DNA of 64,000 bases from Burkholderiales bacterium (lineage in GTDB: Bacteria; Pseudomonadota; Gammaproteobacteria; Burkholderiales; Ga0077523): assembly GCA_046347985.1 (NCBI GenBank), contig JAXMFE010000002.1:384009-448008 (forward strand). The letters are read 5' to 3'. Below the pieces are notes generated by a model. The model was not told the DNA's origin. It worked only from the letters and a program-made list of their open reading frames with translations, and searched no databases. Positions 20,382-28,239 of this stretch are shown one piece after another (positions within the stretch are counted from its first letter, which is position 1; the number at the start of each line of letters is the position of its first letter). The position numbers were made by a program, and so were the translations under genes.

Positions 20382-21167
20382 ATGGATGCTCAGGTAGCGC
20401 GGCGCGCAGGCGAGTTCCTCTGGACGGCCTGGCAGGCCCGCGAGGTGGTCGAGGCGCTGCCGGCGGAGCTTCGCCCTCGAACCGATGCCGACGGCTTCGC
20501 CATCCAGCGGGCCATCAACGAGATCTCCGGCCAGGCGCGATTCGGCTGGAAGATCGCGGCCACCAGCGCGGCCGGCCAGCAGCACATCGGCGTGTCCGGG
20601 CCGCTCCCGGGAACGCTGCTGGCGGAGCGCGTGCGCCAGGCGCCCGCCACCTTCTCCCTCGACCGCAACGCGATGCGCGTGGCTGAAACCGAATTCGCCT
20701 TCCGGATGGGCCGCACGCTGGCGCCGCGAGCGCAGCCCTACGCTGTCGACGAAGTGCTGGATGCCGTCGCGGCCCTGCATCCCGCCATCGAGGTTCCCGA
20801 TTCGCGTTATCGCGACTTCGTCACAGCCGGCGGTCCCCAGATCATTGCGGACAACGCCTGTGCCTGCTGGTTCGCGCTCGGCGAAGCCACGACGGCGGAC
20901 TGGCGTTCGGTCGATCTGTCCAAGCATCCGGTCCGTGCCACGATCGGCGATCGGGTGGCGGGCGAAGGTACCGGCGCCAACGTCCTCGGTGACCCTCGGG
21001 TCGCGCTGACCTGGCTGGCCAACGCGCTCAGCCGTTTCGGCACGCCGCTTTCGGCGGGTGAGGTGGTCACCACGGGCACCTGCGTCGTCCCCGTGACGGT
21101 CCAGCCGGGCGAGACCGTCGTGGCCGATTTCGGCCCCTTCGGCCGGGTCGAGGTGTCGTTCGAATGA
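20382..21167 (+). CDS. 2-keto-4-pentenoate hydratase-like (FAH-fold hydratase/decarboxylase)
   Basis: 261 aa. MhpD/HpcG-like features include GWKIAATS and GEVVTTGT. Its stop overlaps the kinase start (ATGA at 21164-21167). Confidence 0.7.
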   Translation: MDAQVARRAGEFLWTAWQAREVVEALPAELRPRTDADGFAIQRAINEISGQARFGWKIAATSAAGQQHIGVSGPLPGTLLAERVRQAPATFSLDRNAMRVAETEFAFRMGRTLAPRAQPYAVDEVLDAVAALHPAIEVPDSRYRDFVTAGGPQIIADNACACWFALGEATTADWRSVDLSKHPVRATIGDRVAGEGTGANVLGDPRVALTWLANALSRFGTPLSAGEVVTTGTCVVPVTVQPGETVVADFGPFGRVEVSFE

Positions 21168-22666
21168 GCAACGGGGGGGAGCAGGCGATGCCGATGGGAC
21201 GCCCGCACAAGTGGCCGACCTACTACCCCCGTTCGTTCGTCAAGCTGATCGTCGTCGGGTTCATCCTGGTCGCCCTGCCGCTGATCCTCGCCATCGCCAA
21301 CAATGCCCTGTCGATCCATGACATCACCGAGCGCAGCCAGCGAACGGTGCACCAGGCGATGCTCGCCACGGAGTCGAGCCGCCTCCTGATCGAGCAGATC
21401 ACGGCGATGGAACGCAGCGTCCGGCAGACCAGCGCCCTGGGCGACACGTCGCTGCTCGAAAGCTACGCGCATGCGCGGGCGAAGTTCATCGAGAGCGCCG
21501 ACCGGATGCTCACCCTGCGCCTCGACGCCGAGCAGATGCGTCAGCTCACCCTGCTCCGCGATCGGGAAGCCAGACTTGCGGACGCGGTGCATGCCGCGGC
21601 TGCGGTGCCGGAAGCACTGGGCGCGCTCCTCAACGACTTCGAGGCGCTCGATACGCTCGCGCACTCGCTGTCCGATCTGGGCGCCGCGATCGTCGAACGC
21701 GAAGTCGCAGCACTGCAGTCCATGGCGGAAGGCGTCCAGCGGTTCGTGTTCTGGCAGCTGGTCGCCCTGGTGCCCGTGGCGCTGCTGCTCATCGTCGGCG
21801 CGATCATCCTGATCTCGCGGCCGATCCGGCAGATCGATGCCGCGATCCGCCGCCTCGGTGAAGGGCATTTCGACACGCGGGTCGAGGTGACCGGACCGCA
21901 GGACCTGCAGCATCTCGGGCGCCAGCTCGACTGGATGCGCCTCAAGCTCGTCGACCTGGAAGAGCAGAAACGCCTGTTCCTGCACCACGTGTCGCACGAG
22001 CTGAAGACGCCGCTGGCCGCCCTCAAGGAAGGCGCCGGACTGCTCCACGAACAACTGGTGGGGCCGCTGACGCCGAGCCAGAAGGAGGTCGCCCTGATCC
22101 TGAAGCAGAACACGCAGCGGCTGCAGGAGCTGATCGAACGCCTGCTCAACTATCACGCGGCGCAGTTCCAGCGGACGGCGGTCACCGTGAGCGAGGTCGC
22201 GCTGCCGGAACTCATCACGCGGATCGGGCGGCAGCACAAGCTGACGATGGCATCGAAGGGCCTACGCTTCCAGGTCGACTGTCCGCCCCTGTCCATCGAG
22301 GGCGACCGCGACAAGCTGGCCGCGATCCTGGGCAACCTGATTTCCAATGCCGTGAAGTACGCCCCCCGCGATGGCACGGTCGGCGTGAACGTGGCATCCG
22401 AGGCGGACATGGTCCGGATCGAGGTCACCGACGACGGTCCCGGCATTCCGTCGGACGAGCGCAGCCTCGTCTTCGAACCCTTCTACCACGGCACCACGCC
22501 GCACGATGGTTCGATGAAAGGCACCGGGCTCGGGCTCGCCATCGTGCGCGAATTCGTGCTGGCGCATCACGGCCGCATCGAGATCGCGCCCGACGACACC
22601 GGCACGCGGATGCGCGTCGAACTGCCGCGTCGTCAGACCCACCTGATCGAAGAGGCTGCAGCATGA
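21164..22666 (+). CDS. sensor histidine kinase, GlrK/QseE-like (2 TM, HAMP, HisKA, HATPase)
   Basis: H-box FLHHVSHELKTPLAAL, plus N and G boxes (NLISNAVKYAP, DDGPGI, GTGLGLAIV). It has two TM helices flanking a periplasmic segment. Confidence 0.85.
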   Translation: MSNGGEQAMPMGRPHKWPTYYPRSFVKLIVVGFILVALPLILAIANNALSIHDITERSQRTVHQAMLATESSRLLIEQITAMERSVRQTSALGDTSLLESYAHARAKFIESADRMLTLRLDAEQMRQLTLLRDREARLADAVHAAAAVPEALGALLNDFEALDTLAHSLSDLGAAIVEREVAALQSMAEGVQRFVFWQLVALVPVALLLIVGAIILISRPIRQIDAAIRRLGEGHFDTRVEVTGPQDLQHLGRQLDWMRLKLVDLEEQKRLFLHHVSHELKTPLAALKEGAGLLHEQLVGPLTPSQKEVALILKQNTQRLQELIERLLNYHAAQFQRTAVTVSEVALPELITRIGRQHKLTMASKGLRFQVDCPPLSIEGDRDKLAAILGNLISNAVKYAPRDGTVGVNVASEADMVRIEVTDDGPGIPSDERSLVFEPFYHGTTPHDGSMKGTGLGLAIVREFVLAHHGRIEIAPDDTGTRMRVELPRRQTHLIEEAAA

Positions 22667-22700
22667 ACACATCGGCCGGCGGCCCCAGGGAGACCGCCTC

Positions 22701-23327
22701 GTGACCGTCGTCGATCACCGACATTTTCGGCAGCGGGCGCGCGCCGGCGCGACGGCGCTGGCGGCCGCCGTCATACTGGCGGCATGCAAGCATCAGATCG
22801 CCCCGGTCGAGATGGAGGTACCGCCCGTCGAGGAACCGAAGGCGCAGGCCGCCGTCAAGCCCCCGACCTGCGAACCCAGGCGCATCGAAGTGCGAACCGA
22901 CGTCGACAACCTGATGTCCCTGTATGCAACGCTGCGCTCGATGACCGCGAACGCGCAGAAGCAGGAGTTCGAGACCGCGAAGCGCGAGTTCAACACGTAC
23001 GGGTCGGAGGTCTCGCGCCTGACCCTGGCGATGCTGTACCTTCTCCCGAGCGCGCCGTTCCGCAACGAGGCGCAGGCCGCGCAACTGCTGGAGCCCTACC
23101 AGCGGGAAAAAGGGGAGACGCGCGGCAAGAGCGAACTGCGCGGGTTCGGGCAGCTGCTCGCGAGCCAGATCGATGCGTGGCGCAGGAGCGAAGCCGTGGT
23201 CGCGGCCCAGAACGTCAAGTTGAAGGACGAACAGCGCAGGACCGAGGAACTGCAGCGAAAGCTCGATGCCCTGAAGGACGTCGAGCGCGCAATGATCCAG
23301 AAGGATCAAGGAGCCAAACCGAAATGA
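22701..23327 (+). CDS. lipoprotein in the QseG/YfhG position between kinase and regulator
   Basis: GTG start. Lipobox ILAAC. The C-terminal part is coiled-coil-like (KLKDEQRRTEELQRKLDALKDVERAM). Its stop overlaps the regulator start (ATGA). Confidence 0.6.
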   Translation: MTVVDHRHFRQRARAGATALAAAVILAACKHQIAPVEMEVPPVEEPKAQAAVKPPTCEPRRIEVRTDVDNLMSLYATLRSMTANAQKQEFETAKREFNTYGSEVSRLTLAMLYLLPSAPFRNEAQAAQLLEPYQREKGETRGKSELRGFGQLLASQIDAWRRSEAVVAAQNVKLKDEQRRTEELQRKLDALKDVERAMIQKDQGAKPK

Positions 23328-24682
23328 GCGAATCGACCGAACGAATCCTGGTGGTGGACGATGACGAGGATCTGCTGCGCCTCGTGTCGCTGCGACTCGG
23401 CGCCGCGGGCTTCGAGGTGACGGCGGCGCGCAGCGCCGAAGAAGCCCTCGCGCGGCTGTCGGCCGTGACGCCGCACGTACTCGTCACGGACCTCAAGATG
23501 GGCGCCATGGACGGCATGGCGCTGTTCGAGGAAGTCCGGCGCTCGCACCCGGCCCTGCCGGTGATCATTCTCACGGCCCACGGCTCGATCCCGGATGCCG
23601 TCGCCGCGATGCGCAAGGGCGTGTTCGACTATCTCACCAAGCCCTTCGACGGGCAGGAGCTGGTCGCCCTGATCGCGCGCGCCGCGAGACTCTCATCGAC
23701 GCCGGCGAAGACCGACGGCGACGATCAATGGCGGTCCGCCATCCTCACGCACAACGCGGAGTTCGAGGCGGTTCTCGCCCGCGCCAAGCTCGTCGCGGCC
23801 GGCGACGCCAGCGTGCTGATCCGCGGCGAGAGCGGCACGGGCAAGGAGCTGCTTGCGCAGGCCATCCATCGCGCCAGTCCGCGCCGCAACCGTCCGTTCA
23901 TGGCACTGAACTGCGGCGCCATTCCCGAGAATCTGCTCGAGTCGGAACTGTTCGGGCACACCCGCGGCGCCTTCACGGGCGCGGCCCGCGATCACGTCGG
24001 ACTGTTCCAGTCCGCCGAAGGCGGCACGGTCTTCCTGGACGAGATCGGCGACATGCCGCTGGCGCTCCAGGTGAAGCTCCTGCGCGTCCTGCAGGAGAAG
24101 ACGGTGCGTCCCGTGGGGGCGACCCGCCCGGTAGCGGTGGATGTCCGGATCGTCTCTGCAACCCACCGCGATCTCGAGGCCGGGATCCGCGAGGCACGCT
24201 TCCGCGAAGACCTGTACTACCGCCTCAACGTCGTGAGTTTCGTGTTGCCGCCGCTGCGGGAACGCCGTGAGGACATCACGCTGCTCGCGTCCCATTTCCT
24301 GTCGCAGCTGGCCCAGCGCTACGGCAAGACCGTGAATTCGTTCGGCGCCGACGCGCTCGCCTGCATGGTCGAATTCGACTGGCCCGGCAATGTGCGCGAA
24401 TTGCTGAACGTCGTCGAGCAGGCCGTTGCCCTGAGCACGGGACCCATCGTCAGCCTGTCACTCATCGAGAACGCGCTGCGCGGGCCGTCCACCGAACTCC
24501 AGCCCTTCGAGAAGGCCCGCGGCCAGTTCGAGCGCGACTACCTGGCGCGCCTGCTGAAGATGACGAACGGCAACGTGACGCACGCGGCGCGCCTCGCCAA
24601 GCGCAACCGCACCGAGTTCTACAAGCTGCTGCATCGACATCATCTGCAGCCCTCGCAGTTCAAGAGCACGACGCCGGCCTGA
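23324..24682 (+). CDS. sigma-54-dependent response regulator (GlrR/QseF/NtrC family)
   Basis: Track ORF trimmed to MSESTERILVVDDDEDLL. It has a receiver domain, the AAA+ motifs GESGTGKE and GAFTGA, and a C-terminal Fis-type HTH. Confidence 0.9.
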   Translation: MSESTERILVVDDDEDLLRLVSLRLGAAGFEVTAARSAEEALARLSAVTPHVLVTDLKMGAMDGMALFEEVRRSHPALPVIILTAHGSIPDAVAAMRKGVFDYLTKPFDGQELVALIARAARLSSTPAKTDGDDQWRSAILTHNAEFEAVLARAKLVAAGDASVLIRGESGTGKELLAQAIHRASPRRNRPFMALNCGAIPENLLESELFGHTRGAFTGAARDHVGLFQSAEGGTVFLDEIGDMPLALQVKLLRVLQEKTVRPVGATRPVAVDVRIVSATHRDLEAGIREARFREDLYYRLNVVSFVLPPLRERREDITLLASHFLSQLAQRYGKTVNSFGADALACMVEFDWPGNVRELLNVVEQAVALSTGPIVSLSLIENALRGPSTELQPFEKARGQFERDYLARLLKMTNGNVTHAARLAKRNRTEFYKLLHRHHLQPSQFKSTTPA

Positions 24683-24850
24683 TCGGCGCCCGCCGGGACG
24701 CATGCCCCGATGTCTCCGGATCCGATGACGCCGCCGACCCCGACGGGCGGGCACCGGACCGCGCGCATCGGACGGCGGCCGACCCGGTCGACGGTCGATT
24801 CATCCCGCCGTCATGAGTCCTTGCCCGTCCCCTTTCGACCAGGAATCCAG

Positions 24851-25240
24851 ATGCGCTTCCGCTTTCGCCGTGTCGTGACCGGCGTGCTCGTGCCCGCCGT
24901 TGTCGCCCTGTCCACCGCGGGACCGACCCGCGCTGCCATGATCGACACCCCGACGGCTTCCGGCCCGCCGACGACCGACGGCATCCCTGCCTCGCTCGCG
25001 CCGATGGTGGATCGCGACGTCGTCCGCACCCGCCTGATCGAGGCCGGCCTGCCCGCCGACGAAGCCGCGGCGCGTGCAGCCGCCTTGACCGCATCGGAAC
25101 TGGCATCGCTCGGAAGACTCGAATCGCAGCCAGCCGGGCGCGGCATCGTGGGCATCGCGGTGTTCGTGTTCGCCGTCCTGTTCATGACCGACGTGCTCGG
25201 CTACACGAAGATCTTCCCGTTCACGCGGACGCCGCGCTAG
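24851..25240 (+). CDS. PA2779-like small envelope protein, copy 1 (signal peptide, helical domain, C-terminal TM anchor)
   Basis: Internal ATG at 24851 has AGGAA upstream. 129 aa. It shares the motif GL.xDEA.AR.A.L...EL...PAG..., a TM helix and the tail TDVLGYTKIFPFTR with the next gene. Confidence 0.7.
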   Translation: MRFRFRRVVTGVLVPAVVALSTAGPTRAAMIDTPTASGPPTTDGIPASLAPMVDRDVVRTRLIEAGLPADEAAARAAALTASELASLGRLESQPAGRGIVGIAVFVFAVLFMTDVLGYTKIFPFTRTPR

Positions 25241-25286
25241 CGACGCGGGTGCGTCGCGTCATCGAAACTCACGGAGACTCCAACCC

Positions 25287-25697
25287 ATGAACATCCCCCT
25301 TCGCCGCTGGATCGCCCTCGCACTGGTGTGCACGATGTCGCATCTGACCATCGTCACCGCCGCCCAGGCCGCCTTGGTCGGCACCGAATCCGCCCGGACC
25401 TCGAGCCGCCCGTCGGCCGATGCGCGAATCCGCGTGGAAGCCTTCTTCGCCCGCACCGATGTCGCCGATCAACTGGCCCGTCTCGGTCTCTCCACGGACG
25501 AAGCCCGGGCGCGCGTCGCGACGCTGTCCGACGACGAGTTGTCGAAGGTCGCGGATCGCCTCGACCAGATGCCCGCGGGCGGCGACGCCCTCGGGACGCT
25601 CGTCGGCGCTGCCGTGCTCCTGTTCATCATCCTGCTCGTCACGGACATCCTCGGCCTCACGAAGGTGTTCTCGTTCACGCGGCCGATCCACCGATAG
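25287..25697 (+). CDS. PA2779-like small envelope protein, copy 2 (tandem paralog)
   Basis: 136 aa with GGAGA SD. Signal peptide ends ...TAAQA. It contains MPAGGDALG, a TM helix and the tail TDILGLTKVFSFTR. Confidence 0.7.
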   Translation: MNIPLRRWIALALVCTMSHLTIVTAAQAALVGTESARTSSRPSADARIRVEAFFARTDVADQLARLGLSTDEARARVATLSDDELSKVADRLDQMPAGGDALGTLVGAAVLLFIILLVTDILGLTKVFSFTRPIHR

Positions 25698-25764
25698 GCA
25701 CGGACCCGTACCGGGGCACGTGATCGACCGAAGCGCGCCGGCGCCTTCCGGGGCAGCGCGCCGG

Positions 25765-26694
25765 ATGCGCGGCGCGGGCGTCGTGTTCGCCGCCGTGCTC
25801 CTGATCGCGGGCTGCGCGCGTTCCCCGGTGCTCGCGCCGGATCGCCTGCTGAACGTGCCGTCGGCGGCAGAGCTGACCGAGACCCCGTTCTTCCCCCAGG
25901 CCGAGAATCACTGCGGTCCGGCCGCGCTGGCCACTGCGCTTTCGGCGCGAGGGATGCCGGCCGACCCCGAACCGTTGGCCGCCAGCGTCTACCTGCCTGC
26001 ACGCAAGGGGAGCCTGCCGCTCGACATGCTCGGCGGCGCGAGGCGCGCCGGCGCCGTGACGCTGCGGCTGGAGCCCCGCCTCGAAACGATCATGAGCTAT
26101 GTCGCGGCGGGCTATCCGGTCATCGTGCTGCAGAATCTCGGGCTGCGCTGGTATCCCCTGTACATGTACGTCGTCGGCTACGACGTCGCCGCGAAGGAAG
26201 TCATCCTGCGCTCGGGCGACCAGGCGCGAACGACGCCGACGACCGCGACCTTCGATGCCACCTGGGCACGGTCCGGCCGCTGGGCGATGGCGGCCAAGCC
26301 GGGCGATGTGCCGGCCCCCGTGGATCGGGTGACCTACACGGACGCCGTACTGGCGCTCGAACGCGTCCGCCGCGTGCGGGAAGCGCGCAGCGCCTACCAG
26401 GCCGGACTGGCGCGATGGCCGGGCGACCTGACCCTGATCATGGGCGCGGGCAATACGGCCTACGCTCTCGGCGACGTGGATTCCGCGGAAAGCGCATTCC
26501 GGCAGGCGGCCGGGGACCATCCCGACTCGGATGCCGCCCTGAACAATCTGGCACATGTGCTGGCGCAACGCGGTGCGCTGGAAGAGGCCGCGACCGTGGC
26601 GCGCCGTGCCGTTGCGCTGGTGGGGCCGAACGCGAGCGTGGCCCGCGCGACGCTGGACGAGATCACGGCCCGCATGACGAAAGAGCCGCGGTGA
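25765..26694 (+). CDS. PA2778-like C39-type cysteine peptidase lipoprotein with C-terminal TPR repeats
   Basis: Start chosen at MRGAGVVFAAVLLIAGC (lipobox); an alternative GTG lies at 25720. Gln/Cys motif FFPQAENHCGPAALATAL. The C-terminus has TPR-like repeats. Confidence 0.7.
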   Translation: MRGAGVVFAAVLLIAGCARSPVLAPDRLLNVPSAAELTETPFFPQAENHCGPAALATALSARGMPADPEPLAASVYLPARKGSLPLDMLGGARRAGAVTLRLEPRLETIMSYVAAGYPVIVLQNLGLRWYPLYMYVVGYDVAAKEVILRSGDQARTTPTTATFDATWARSGRWAMAAKPGDVPAPVDRVTYTDAVLALERVRRVREARSAYQAGLARWPGDLTLIMGAGNTAYALGDVDSAESAFRQAAGDHPDSDAALNNLAHVLAQRGALEEAATVARRAVALVGPNASVARATLDEITARMTKEPR

Positions 26695-26815
26695 CGCCAC
26701 GGGCCGGCGCTCGGCACCGAGGTCACCGGCTCCTGCGTCGGCGGCCCGCGGATTTCGACAGCGGCCCCGTCAGCGGATAGTCTCCGGCCACCGCACCCTC
26801 CCGGGAAAGCACGCG

Positions 26816-27313
26816 ATGGAAACTGCGCACGCCGGCGCCCCGAGCGCCGACGCCGCGGAGACGGTCTGCCGGAAGATCGCCTGGCGCATCGTCCCGCTCC
26901 TGTTCCTGCTGTACGTCATCGCCTGTCCCGACCGCGCGAACGTGCGCTGCGCCATGCGCCGGATGTCCGCGGCGCCGGGTTTCAGCGAAACGGTCAGCGG
27001 TCTCGCCGCGGGCCGGTTCTTGATCGGCAACGGTCTGCTCCGGATCCCGAGCAGTTTCGCCCTCGAGAAATTCGGCGCGCGCCTGCGGATCGCCCGCATC
27101 CCGCTGCTTGGGGGAATCCTCGCCGCGGTCTTCAGTCCGTTCGGCGCGCCCGGCGGCTGTGTGGGGCCTTCCCCGACGGCTCTCCTGCGAGGCTGGACCG
27201 GACCTCCGGTCCGAGCCCTCTACGGGTTGGTGCTGGTTTGCTTCGCTGCCATGGGGCGGGGACTCGTCGTGTCCCCTCCCGGGACGGGACACACTGCCGC
27301 GAACTCGCCATGA
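26816..27313 (+). pseudogene. degenerate N-terminal remnant of an ACS-type MFS transporter
   Basis: It aligns by eye with the intact MFS gene at 46223 (KIAWRIVPLLFLLYVIACPDRANV vs KVSWRLLPLIVAAYLMAYIDRTNV; ALEKFGARLRIARI vs LQRTSARLWIARI). Conserved motifs are corrupted, and the ORF ends after about 165 aa where the next gene starts. Confidence 0.5.
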
Positions 27314-27519
27314 AGCCGCTCTCGAACGATCGCTGCCCGCTATGCGGGGGCCCCAACGGCTGCGTTCCCGCCGCCACCGGTTCCTTCGAACAGCCTTGCT
27401 GGTGCACGACGATCCGGGTGGATCCGGCCGTTCTGCGCCGGATCCCGGAGGCCCGGCGAAACGTCGCGTGCCTGTGCCGGGCCTGCGCCGAGGCATCGGC
27501 GGCTCCCGACATGGCGTGA
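27310..27519 (+). CDS. cysteine-rich CWC family protein
   Basis: 69 aa from the ATG at 27310. Motifs CPLCGGPNGC...PCWC...CLCRAC. Confidence 0.7.
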   Translation: MKPLSNDRCPLCGGPNGCVPAATGSFEQPCWCTTIRVDPAVLRRIPEARRNVACLCRACAEASAAPDMA

Positions 27520-27756
27520 GTCGGCGGTCGCTCGGCGATGGCTGGCGCGCCCGGACGTGGGCAGGTCAGTACCGCCCAGGTAGCCGCGGGCCCGAAACGA
27601 ACGTCCCGCGTTTCGCGGCCGAGTCGGCCCCTTCGTCCTGATCGCGGAGGATCTCGTGGCTCGAGGATTGAACGGAGCAAGCGCGCCGGCGCACTCGACC
27701 AGAACCGATTGCCGAGCTTATGGTAAGCTAGACAACTAATAGAGCTGCCATGTGCC

Positions 27757-28239
27757 ATGTTCCAGGAAGACCTCTCCCGCAATTTCGGTTTCATCCTCAA
27801 CGACGTCGCCCGGCTCATGCGCACGACGTTCGATCGTCGCGTGCGCGCCCTCGGATTCACGCGCTCGCAGTGGTGGGTGCTCAACCACGTGTTCCGCAAC
27901 AACGGCGCCACCCAGTCGGAGCTGGCCGATGTCCTCGAGGTGGAAAAGGCCACGCTCGGGCGGCTGCTGGACCGGATGGAGCAGAAGCGCTGGATCCGCC
28001 GCGAGCCCGATGCCGCCGATCGCCGGGTGCGCCGCGTCTTCCTGACCGTGGAAGTCGAACCCGCCATCAAGGCCATGCGCGCCGCGGCCGCCGAACTCCG
28101 GCGCGAAGCGCTGACCGGCCTCACCGGGGAACAGCAGGAATCCTTCGTGGATGCGCTGCTCACCATCAAGAGCAATCTCGCCCGGCCCGATAGCGCTGCT
28201 GGGGCCCGCAACGGCCGAAAGACGGAACGCACGGCATGA
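27757..28239 (+). CDS. MarR family transcriptional regulator
   Basis: Winged-helix core GFTRSQWWVLNHV...TQSELADVLEVEKATLGRLLDRMEQKRWIRREPDAADRRV. Its stop overlaps the next start (ATGA). Confidence 0.9.
   Translation: MFQEDLSRNFGFILNDVARLMRTTFDRRVRALGFTRSQWWVLNHVFRNNGATQSELADVLEVEKATLGRLLDRMEQKRWIRREPDAADRRVRRVFLTVEVEPAIKAMRAAAAELRREALTGLTGEQQESFVDALLTIKSNLARPDSAAGARNGRKTERTA

Noticed and set aside
24683-24850. Search for a sigma54 -24/-12 promoter between the sigma54-dependent regulator and the PA2779-like genes
   Set aside because: There is no TGGCAC-like element with a correctly spaced GC. The only TTGC (near 24831) has no GG 10 nt upstream, so no promoter is claimed here.
27720-27751. 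Imperfect palindrome ATGGTAAGCTAGA...TAATAGAGCTGCCAT in the AT-rich stretch before marR, as a possible MarR operator or promoter
   Set aside because: The arms align only with a gap and several mismatches, and I could not place a -35/-10 pair with acceptable spacing. It is too weak to report as a feature.
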